Shown here one piece after another: positions 35,901 to 42,630 of a DNA stretch of 64,000 nt. How positions within the stretch are numbered: position 1 is the stretch's first letter; each line of letters opens with the position of its first letter. A program made the translations under genes and the position numbers. A model generated the notes under the pieces. That model saw only the letters and a program-made list of their open reading frames with translations, was not told the DNA's origin and made no database searches. This DNA comes from Kiritimatiellia bacterium (lineage in GTDB: Bacteria > Verrucomicrobiota > Kiritimatiellia > RFP12 > UBA1067): NCBI GenBank assembly GCA_045599105.1, contig JAZRVL010000054.1, positions 2,670 to 66,669 of the forward strand, in the 5' to 3' direction.

Positions 35901-36326
35901 TTAGTCGAGGATGCGTTTAGGATTGGCGGGGGTGAAGGAGGGGAAGGTCGCCTTGTCGGTCGAGGAACCCGCTTCGGAGACGCCCTCGGGGATGAAGGAG
36001 CCCTTGCGGATCTCGTCGAAGAGCGCCTTGGCGTCTTCGTAGGCCTTGGTGCGGGATTCGTTGACGACGAGATTCATGCGAGTTAGAAGATTGAAGCGGA
36101 GATAGTGCATCGCGGGAGCGATCAGCGATTCCGGGAGCGCGTCTTCGTCGGCGGGGAACTGGAAAGCGGGATTGGCCGCGCGAATGAAGCCGCGAACGTA
36201 GGCGCAGGTCGAGCGGATTTGCCTCTCGACGGGATCGGTCTCGAAGTCGGCCGATTGGCGGAAGGCGTTAATCTCGGCGATGGAGAGGGTCGAGTTCAGA
36301 TCGGATTCGAGGACTTTGCGCCACAT
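35901..36326 (-). CDS. head-tail connector candidate (Mu gp36/DUF1320-like)
   Basis: 141 aa and the first gene after the capsid gene. The N-terminal pattern (L.S.L...L...EI.AF....D) is compatible with DUF1320. Confidence 0.4.
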   Translation of the reverse strand: MWRKVLESDLNSTLSIAEINAFRQSADFETDPVERQIRSTCAYVRGFIRAANPAFQFPADEDALPESLIAPAMHYLRFNLLTRMNLVVNESRTKAYEDAKALFDEIRKGSFIPEGVSEAGSSTDKATFPSFTPANPKRILD

Positions 36327-36328
36327 GG

Positions 36329-36430
36329 GAGTGAATAGTTGGAGTTGGAGTTGGAGTTGGAGTTGTAGTGGTAGAGTGGAGTTTTAAACATCCTTTCTAC
36401 AACTACAACTATTCACTACAACTCCAACTC
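36329..36430. repeat. long imperfect inverted repeat containing (GGAGTT)4, between the capsid and connector genes
   Basis: Left arm GTGAATAGTTGGAGTTGGAG (36331-36350) pairs with the reverse complement of 36399-36418 (GTGAATAGTTGTAGTTGTAG). GGAGTT is repeated four times at 36341-36364. Confidence 0.85.
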
Positions 36431-36438
36431 ATTGATCA

Positions 36439-37377
36439 TTAGGCCTTGACGAGCTGGAGGTAGCCCGGCGCGCCGTTCGGGTTCGAACTCGCGTCGACTT
36501 CGCGCGTACGCTTCGCTCCGAGGAGCGCGGCGACGTTCATGAAGCGCGAGTTGCGGCCCGGAGTGCCGTGGACGAACGAGGTGATCGCGAGACCGCTCGC
36601 CTCGTCCGAAGTGGTGCCGTACTCCGTGTAGAGGCCGTCGACCGCTTCCTCGATGCCGCGACCGGCGATCGCGATCGCCGCGTCCGGAACGATGAAGCCG
36701 ACGCCTTTCTCGACCGCCGCCGTCTGGCCGGCCGCCGGAGTCGAGATGTTGGAGACCTTGGCCGAGCAGAGGATCGCCTTGCAGCCGTACTTCTTGCCCA
36801 GTTCCTCGGCGATGTCCTTACCGGAGGCGATGGCCGCGTTCGAGATGTTCGCGTCGAGGAGATCGCCGTAGGTGTCGGGATCGAGGATGACGACGCAGGT
36901 CGCCGGGTCGAGATCCTTCTTCTCCGCGAGCGCGAGCGCCTTGCCGATCTTCGCGTAGGTGAAGGAGTCGAACTTGTCGAGACGGTTGGTGCAGTCGAGC
37001 TTGCCCATGATGAGCTCCTCGATCTTGCGCGCGATCGCGCGGCCACCCGCGATACCGCAGTTGCGGCTCGTAGCGGACTTGTCGACTTCGAGGAGGTCGT
37101 TCATACCAAGCTTGAACGTGACCTTGACGAGGGTGTCAAGCGAGACGTTCACGGGGATGATCGAGCCATCGGTGGTCTCGAAGTCGTTGATCGAGCCCGC
37201 CGTTTCCGAATAGACCGTCGCGCTACCGGAGAAGACCGGAACGGCAACCGTCTTGCCGACGCCCTGCAACTCGGCAGAGAAGTCGGTCGAGAAGTACTTC
37301 GCAAACGCGATACCGCGCTGCGCTTCCATGATCGCCTTGTTGGAGGCGAGAACCAAACCAGGACTGGTGAATGCCAT
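36439..37377 (-). CDS. major capsid protein candidate (Mu gpT-size, HK97-fold expected)
   Basis: 312 aa, immediately downstream of the protease/scaffold gene and followed by a large hairpin. Composition is balanced, unlike the overlapping Arg-rich shadow ORFs. Confidence 0.65.
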   Translation of the reverse strand: MAFTSPGLVLASNKAIMEAQRGIAFAKYFSTDFSAELQGVGKTVAVPVFSGSATVYSETAGSINDFETTDGSIIPVNVSLDTLVKVTFKLGMNDLLEVDKSATSRNCGIAGGRAIARKIEELIMGKLDCTNRLDKFDSFTYAKIGKALALAEKKDLDPATCVVILDPDTYGDLLDANISNAAIASGKDIAEELGKKYGCKAILCSAKVSNISTPAAGQTAAVEKGVGFIVPDAAIAIAGRGIEEAVDGLYTEYGTTSDEASGLAITSFVHGTPGRNSRFMNVAALLGAKRTREVDASSNPNGAPGYLQLVKA

Positions 37378-37404
37378 GATTTTATTTTCCTTTCGTGTTT
37401 GTTG

Positions 37405-38355
37405 TTACTTCGCCTCGGCCGCGAACTCCGCGGCGTGCTCCGTGACAAATTTGATGCGAGCTTCGCCCGCCGGGAGCTTGTTGAGCTCCTTCATGAGGTC
37501 GTCGCGCTTGGGAGACTTGGCGTCCTGCTTGTTGAGGACCTGCTGGGTCTCCTTGGGTTCGGGGATGCCCTCGACGAGCGCCTTGGCGACGTCCTTGTTC
37601 GCGAGGTACTGCGCCTTAAGGACGTCCTTGTTGCACTTCTTGGAGTTCGCCTCGGCGAAGTCCTCGGCTTCCTTTTCGAGCGCCGCGGCTTCGGCCTTCT
37701 TGGCCGCTTCCTCGGCGTCCTTGTTCTTCTTGACCGAAGCGTTGATGGCGGCAAGGACGTCGTCCTCGGTCGCTTCCGGCTTCAGACCAAGAGCTTCTTT
37801 GATCTTGTCCATGGTTGGGTTTTCCTTTTCCTCAACGGATTGGTTGCCCGAATCAGCCTTGTTGAGGATAGGCTGGACGGGAATGTTAGGGGTGTTGGTA
37901 AGCGCGACCGAGATAAGCTCGACGGGCGTCACTTCGGCGGGAATGCCCTCGCTTTCGTTGAACCACTTCGTCACATCGCATTCCCAGACGGGCGAGAGGA
38001 AGCGGAGACGGCGGTTGGAGACGGCCTCAGCGCCGATATCGGTAAAAGTAAAGTCGCCGACGAGACCGAGCGTTTCGTCAAAGGCGAGGTTGGAGATCCA
38101 CGCGGCGGCGGAGGTATCGGCGGAGCCGCCGTCCTCGCTTTTGTGCTCGAAGTCGCAGAGAATCTCCTTCGAGCCGTCCGCGATCCACTTCTCGACCATG
38201 GCCTTGATCGCCTCCGGGGAGACGTGCTGGATGGTGTGGCCGTTGGGCCAGTCGCCGGCGGGGGAAATCTGGACGGCTTTAAGGATATCGCCGGCTTCGA
38301 GTTTGCCCTCGGAGAGGGTGATTGGGTTCTTGTTTACGAGGTGGAGCTTGATCAT
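37405..38355 (-). CDS. Mu gpI-like prohead protease with a C-terminal scaffold (gpZ-like) region
   Basis: The N-terminal ~170 aa (ISPAGDWPNGH..., LCDFEHKSEDGG..AAAWISNL, RRLRFLSPVW) fits the Mu-like prophage I protein pattern. The C-terminal half is an Ala/Glu/Lys coiled coil, as in nested scaffolds. Confidence 0.65.
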   Translation of the reverse strand: MIKLHLVNKNPITLSEGKLEAGDILKAVQISPAGDWPNGHTIQHVSPEAIKAMVEKWIADGSKEILCDFEHKSEDGGSADTSAAAWISNLAFDETLGLVGDFTFTDIGAEAVSNRRLRFLSPVWECDVTKWFNESEGIPAEVTPVELISVALTNTPNIPVQPILNKADSGNQSVEEKENPTMDKIKEALGLKPEATEDDVLAAINASVKKNKDAEEAAKKAEAAALEKEAEDFAEANSKKCNKDVLKAQYLANKDVAKALVEGIPEPKETQQVLNKQDAKSPKRDDLMKELNKLPAGEARIKFVTEHAAEFAAEAK

Positions 38356-38545
38356 TGGTTGGTTCCTTTCCTAAAACCCCCTCGAAAACGGCCGTAGGAG
38401 CGCTTGGAGGGTCAAGACGGGCAACGAGCCGTCCAAAACGCGCGGCGAGTTTTTAAACGGCATTACGCGGGGATTAAACGGGGTGGCGGGGGTGCGGCCG
38501 ACGCCGCGGCCGCCGCAAGACCCTTCGGGGAGGTAAAATTGGGGG

Positions 38546-38743
38546 TTAGAGGGCATTGGTGGGACTGGTGGGACGGGTGGGACGAGTGGGACGGGTGGAA
38601 AGAGGAAAGATCGAGCGCATGGCGTCGGCGGCTTCAACGCCGACGTCATTTTCCGTTCCGTCCTTGAAGGTCACGTGATGGCCAACGAGGAGGCGTACCT
38701 CGCTAAGATCGATCAGGATGTCCTTAAATCTGTACAGTTCCAT
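38546..38743 (-). CDS. small phage ORF (65 aa) ending in a (P-T-R/S) repeat
   Basis: ORF MELYRFKDILIDLSEVRLLVGHHVTFKDGTEND... The C-terminus STRPTRPTRPTSPT is encoded by a 9-bp tandem repeat. Confidence 0.4.
   Translation of the reverse strand: MELYRFKDILIDLSEVRLLVGHHVTFKDGTENDVGVEAADAMRSIFPLSTRPTRPTRPTSPTNAL
38558..38598. repeat. 9-bp tandem repeat GGTGGGACN x4 plus a partial copy
   Basis: Reads ggtgggact ggtgggacg ggtgggacg agtgggacg ggtgga. Confidence 0.9.
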
Positions 38744-38751
38744 TTTCGCAC

Positions 38752-38781
38752 TTGCCTTTCAGAAGTTCGTTGTGGTATAAT
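38752..38781 (+). promoter_or_regulatory. plus-strand promoter-like element inside the minus-strand phage module (TTGCCT-18-TGGTATAAT)
   Basis: -35-like TTGCCT at 38752-38757, and an exact extended -10 TGGTATAAT at 38773-38781. It points into the 3' end of the portal-fusion gene, so any transcript would be antisense. Confidence 0.4.
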
Positions 38782-38906
38782 TCGGGGCGTTCGAAGGCAA
38801 CCCCCCGGAAGTACAAAGCTGAGGCACGGGGAAGTAGCTGGAGCCAGTCCGCCGAAAGGCGGCGAGTGCGACCGGGTCAGCAAAGCGGACCAGACACCCT
38901 TCGAGT

Positions 38907-39929
38907 TTATTCGCCTTTTTCGACAAGGTCGTTCTCCTTCCTGATTTTAGCAATAGCATTAGGATTGTCTTTGCGGTATCCGGTGATGAGGTAGTGGTTG
39001 CCGTTTTTGCTTTTTCTAAGTACTACGAGATTGTTTTTCTTTATCGCGTAGTATTTTTCGTTAACTTTATCTTCGTAGATATCTCCGTAGGCGATAACGC
39101 CAGGAATCATTTGCGCATCACCCGGATGATTCTTAAGGATGTGACAGATTCCTTCAGAGTTATCTCCCCAGATGAAATCGATCTTGCCGATAGAGTCGCG
39201 CTCCATGGCATCGAGGACGTCCTGGTGCGTCTTCGCGACTCTTTCAAAAGCGGACTTCCCGGCTTCGTGGTTCGCGGCGCGCTTGGCGCACGAGGTACAC
39301 GTTCCGTCGGCTGACATTTGTCGATGGCACTTGGGACATGGATGGGTGATCGTATTCGCGAGGGGTTCGTCCGGCGCAGCGGACGACGCAGAACCAACGT
39401 CGAACTCTTTCGCCATTGCCTCGGCGAGGATGGAGGCAAGGGCGGGATCGTCGGGGAGAAGCGAGGGAAGACGCTCGAGCAAATCCTCGGCTGCCGCTTT
39501 TGAAGGGTTCTTTAAAAGCTCTTTAACGGCGTCTCCAAGCGGCGACATGTCGGAGGCGAAGGCGTCGAGGAGCTTGTCGCCACCGCGAGCGGTGACGTCG
39601 GGAGAGGGACGCTTGTTGAGGAACGGGACGCCGCTCGAAGGCGTTTCGTCCTTGACGAGCTTGAAGCCGGTCGCCTCTTCGAGGGCGTGTTGATCGACGA
39701 GGTAGCCGGCGGACTTGATCTTGCCGGCGAGCTCGGCGACTTCGGCCGGCGAGGGATTCTTTTCGGGGCCAAGTTCGAACTTGGCGGCGATTTCGCGCCC
39801 GGGGAAGTTGAGAGCGAGGAAGCGGTTAATTAGCGAACGCGCGAAGACGGCGTTGGTCAAGACCGCGTCGCGAGCGACGATCTGCTCCCAGACTTTCATC
39901 TGCGCGCCGCCGTTATTCGCTAAGCTCAT
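38907..39929 (-). CDS. truncated Mu-type (DUF935-like) portal C-terminus fused to a zinc ribbon and a PBECR-like nuclease domain (inferred)
   Basis: The first ~100 aa (ARSLINRFLALNFPGREIAAKFELGPEKNPSPAEVAELAGKIKSAGYLVDQHALEEATGFKL) match the extreme C-terminal pattern of Mu gp29-like portals. CPKC...CTSC follows, then IDFIWGDNSEGICHILKNHPGD...NLVVLRKSKNGNHYLITGYR. An in-frame TAA lies 22 codons upstream of the ATG. Confidence 0.55.
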   Translation of the reverse strand: MSLANNGGAQMKVWEQIVARDAVLTNAVFARSLINRFLALNFPGREIAAKFELGPEKNPSPAEVAELAGKIKSAGYLVDQHALEEATGFKLVKDETPSSGVPFLNKRPSPDVTARGGDKLLDAFASDMSPLGDAVKELLKNPSKAAAEDLLERLPSLLPDDPALASILAEAMAKEFDVGSASSAAPDEPLANTITHPCPKCHRQMSADGTCTSCAKRAANHEAGKSAFERVAKTHQDVLDAMERDSIGKIDFIWGDNSEGICHILKNHPGDAQMIPGVIAYGDIYEDKVNEKYYAIKKNNLVVLRKSKNGNHYLITGYRKDNPNAIAKIRKENDLVEKGE

Positions 39930-39976
39930 TTTCCCTAGGTACCAACAGTATTTCGGCGCGCTTTTATCACAAAATA

Positions 39977-39985
39977 TGGTATAAT
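39977..39985 (+). promoter_or_regulatory. extended -10 TGGTATAAT, 9 nt before the ATG at 39995
   Basis: Exact TGnTATAAT with no SD. Confidence 0.5.
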
Positions 39986-39994
39986 ATAACCATT

Positions 39995-41389
39995 ATGAAA
40001 AAACTTGCATTACTTATTGTTGGTTTGGTTGTTGTCATTAATTTTGCGTGGGGAGCAGTTCCCATGTCGAGCGCTCATGAAGCGTATCTTAAGCGTGGGA
40101 TAATGGCAATTATTCACTGGGGACCAAATACTTATACGGGGCAGGAATGGGGATTTGGAAATGCTGATCCTGCAATCGTACAGCCCGCAAAATTAGATCC
40201 AGCACAATGGGTCAAGGCGATGAAAGACGGTGGAATAAAGTCGGTGGTTTTGGTTGCCAAGCATCACGATGGATTTTGCCTTTGGCCATCAGAGCTTAAT
40301 CAAGATTATTCAACTGCGGCAATTCCAGGCAAATTTAAAAAAGCGAATGTTGTGCGAGCGCTTTCGCGGGCTTGTAAAAAAGAGGGACTTGCGTTTGGTG
40401 TTTATCTTTCTCCTTGGGATCGGCATCAGGGAAATTATGCAACTCCTGAATATGTTGAGTACTTTCATGCACAATGGGAGGATTTGCTCACGAACTATGG
40501 AGATATTTGTGAGATTTGGTTGGATGGAGCAAATGGGGGTGATGGTTGGTATGGTGGCGCAAATGGTGGCAAGGGTGAACGGCGCTCGCTTCCCAATGGT
40601 GAGAAGTATTACCAAAAGCCACGCTTACTAAAAAATCTCATTGATAAGCATCCAATGGCAGTTGCCTTTGGTGGACATGGAATTAACTCGGTTGCATGGT
40701 GTGGCAATGAGCGCGGTCAGTCACCGGAAGATTGGAATTATGATCGCAAAGGTGAGGACGGCAAGATGTACTTCATGCCCCCAGAGGCGGACACCCCACT
40801 TCGTGGTGGGTGGTTTTTCCATGCCAATCAACGTCCCAAATCTTTAAAGCAGATGACTGAGAGTTATTTCAATTCGGTCGGACATGGTGCAGTTCTCAAT
40901 TGGGGAATTGCACCGGATAAGGATGGCCGAATTTGTGATGCGGATGTTAAGCGACTTAAGGAGTTTGGTGATTATGTGCGCTCGTTCGAAGCGTGTGATT
41001 TTGCTAAAGGCGCAAATATCGCTGCTGGTGGTAAGGATAAGACCGCCTATGTTGATTTACGTCTTGCAGGTCCAGTCAAGTTCAATGCGGTTGACTTTGG
41101 TGAAGATTTAACTATGGGACAGTTGGTCACCAGTTGGAAGGCGGAGGCGATGATCGATGGTAAGTGGCAGACTTTGGCTGAAGGACGGACGGCTACTTAT
41201 CGTCGAATTGCTCGTTTTCCAGAGGTCAAGTCGGATCGTGTTCGTGTCGTTGCAACTGGCTCAGAGCGCCCCAAGATCGTTAATGTTGCCATTCGTTATG
41301 CGGCTGCTGTTAAAGACGATGGTACGGTTGATTATGGCGAGACGGATACTGCCAAGTGGATGACTGGCAAGGAAAAGGAAAAGCGGTGA
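39995..41389 (+). CDS. GH29 alpha-L-fucosidase with a C-terminal discoidin-like (F5/8 type C) domain
   Basis: Signal peptide, then HWGPNTYTGQEWG, VAKHHDGFCLWPS and YLSPWDRH motifs. Confidence 0.85.
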   Translation: MKKLALLIVGLVVVINFAWGAVPMSSAHEAYLKRGIMAIIHWGPNTYTGQEWGFGNADPAIVQPAKLDPAQWVKAMKDGGIKSVVLVAKHHDGFCLWPSELNQDYSTAAIPGKFKKANVVRALSRACKKEGLAFGVYLSPWDRHQGNYATPEYVEYFHAQWEDLLTNYGDICEIWLDGANGGDGWYGGANGGKGERRSLPNGEKYYQKPRLLKNLIDKHPMAVAFGGHGINSVAWCGNERGQSPEDWNYDRKGEDGKMYFMPPEADTPLRGGWFFHANQRPKSLKQMTESYFNSVGHGAVLNWGIAPDKDGRICDADVKRLKEFGDYVRSFEACDFAKGANIAAGGKDKTAYVDLRLAGPVKFNAVDFGEDLTMGQLVTSWKAEAMIDGKWQTLAEGRTATYRRIARFPEVKSDRVRVVATGSERPKIVNVAIRYAAAVKDDGTVDYGETDTAKWMTGKEKEKR

Positions 41390-41850
41390 GGCGACTAATC
41401 GTTATTGCGCTAATTGCGTTTTCAAATAGTGTTTTTGCCGACGATGATTTTGATCGTTGGTATGTGAAAGGAGAAGTTGCAACTATTCTTCCTCAAGGCG
41501 GCTCACGTATTAGGCATGGAGTAGGCGCTGGAGCACGTTTTGGTGCGTATATTGGGGAGCTTTGGTCAATAGAAGGCGAGGCGGTATGGCTACAAAAATC
41601 TACGGGTCTTGGCGCTAATTTACTTTGGCATTGGTGGGGGTATGAGCGTGTAGATCCATTTTTTACCGTAGGTGCGCGTTGCTTAATTGGGGATGATGTC
41701 AATCAAAGTGGCCCTAAGGCGGGGCTTGGCACTTACGTTCACCTAACCGAGCACTGCTCGCTTCGCATAGACGCAGATGTGATGCTGGGTGTAGATAGCG
41801 ATGCTGAAGCGTTATATTCAATTTCATTAGGGGCGCAAATTTTCTTTTAG
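41386..41850 (+). CDS. small outer-membrane beta-barrel protein (OmpA-beta/OmpX/OprF-like porin family)
   Basis: The GTG at 41386 overlaps the fucosidase stop. Signal peptide RRLIVIALIAFSNSVFA, alternating amphipathic strands, and a C-terminal ...LGAQIFF. Confidence 0.65.
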   Translation: MRRLIVIALIAFSNSVFADDDFDRWYVKGEVATILPQGGSRIRHGVGAGARFGAYIGELWSIEGEAVWLQKSTGLGANLLWHWWGYERVDPFFTVGARCLIGDDVNQSGPKAGLGTYVHLTEHCSLRIDADVMLGVDSDAEALYSISLGAQIFF

Positions 41851-41853
41851 GGT

Positions 41854-42630
41854 ATGAAGAATTGTCGCGAAGAGTGGTTTGATGCGAGCAAAAAAGTTGC
41901 AGTTTCAATTGTCGATGTGACCGAGGCAGCGCAGGAACTCGCACGCGGTCATTTATCAGGACCGACGAGCACTTATTTTCTATCGAAGGCGCTTGCGGCA
42001 GCTGCGCTTTTGGCGGGAGAAACTTCAGAGAAGGATGAAACGGTTATTATTCAAATGAAGTGTTTGGGGCCTTTGGGAGGATTTAATGTTGAATGTACGA
42101 GTGATGGATCACTTAGGGGATATACTGAGAAAAAAGTCCTTGATGACTTTGATGGAATGGGCAGGATAGATGATAAAAAAGTTGTGGGTGAAAAACAGCT
42201 ACAAGTTACGCGTTCAGTGCCTGGTAAAATAATTTCGCAAGCAATTTCAACTTCGCTTGATTGTTACTTAGCGGGATCATTACAGCGTAAAGCGATGATT
42301 CAATTGGCGGCGGAAGTTTCCGATGAGGTGGAAGTTGCTTACGCAAGAGGAATTTTTGTAGAAGAGCTTCCAGATGGGAAAGATAGTGGGGTGTTAGGGG
42401 TTAAGCCAAAAAACCTTGCAGTATCTTCGCGTAATTTACTGAAAGAATTAGGATTGGATCGAGCTGAGCTTAAAAAGACGAGTCCGCTTAAATTTGCATG
42501 TCGCTGTTCGGCGGAGCGTGCGCTTGCGACTTTGAGTGCGCTTGGCAAAGAAGAACGTGCGACTTTGCCTGAAAAGATTGATATTACTTGTCACATGTGT
42601 GGCAAAACTTGGACGGTAAAAACAAGATGA
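41854..42630 (+). CDS. hslO: Hsp33 redox-regulated chaperone
   Basis: C-terminal CRCS...CHMCG zinc centre and Hsp33-type length. Confidence 0.8.
   Translation: MKNCREEWFDASKKVAVSIVDVTEAAQELARGHLSGPTSTYFLSKALAAAALLAGETSEKDETVIIQMKCLGPLGGFNVECTSDGSLRGYTEKKVLDDFDGMGRIDDKKVVGEKQLQVTRSVPGKIISQAISTSLDCYLAGSLQRKAMIQLAAEVSDEVEVAYARGIFVEELPDGKDSGVLGVKPKNLAVSSRNLLKELGLDRAELKKTSPLKFACRCSAERALATLSALGKEERATLPEKIDITCHMCGKTWTVKTR

Larger units (their letters stand above)
29298..39929 (-). mobile_element. prophage remnant: Mu-like head module plus siphovirus-type tail module, truncated at the portal gene
   Basis: 13 co-oriented ORFs; many adjacent pairs overlap or abut, though gaps of 100-190 bp flank the major capsid gene and ORF 38546-38743. 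Order is portal C-terminus, protease/scaffold, capsid, connector, neck, tube, chaperone, tape measure, distal tail. GC is higher than in the flanks. No terminase, transposase/integrase, lysis or regulatory genes are present. Confidence 0.8.

Noticed and set aside
36568-38397. 609-aa + strand ORF, together with the 373-aa ORF at 37253-38374, spanning the capsid and protease genes
   Set aside because: These are Arg/Asp/Glu/Leu/Gly/Val-rich, low-complexity translations, typical of the antisense strand of GC3-rich genes. The minus-strand ORFs have balanced composition, phage-like motifs and operon-like overlaps.
36341-38598. Short tandem repeats (6-bp x4 and 9-bp x4) as a CRISPR or other spacer-containing array
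   Set aside because: The units are contiguous, with no spacers, and far shorter than CRISPR repeats. No cas genes are in the window.
38790-38870. Possible SRP/4.5S-like or tRNA-like RNA (CCGGAAG ... GGAAGTAGC; GCGTTCGAAGG)
   Set aside because: The motifs are separated and out of register compared with the SRP domain IV consensus (GGUCCGGAAGGAAGCAGCC). No cloverleaf can be drawn. I retained it only as an unspecified structured antisense-RNA candidate.
29298-39929. Interpretation as a functional gene transfer agent or complete inducible prophage
   Set aside because: The portal gene is truncated, with an in-frame stop 22 codons upstream of its ATG. No terminase, lysis, integrase/transposase or regulator genes are present in or next to the block. 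I therefore kept it only as a remnant, and possibly co-opted parts, which is testable as described in the findings.
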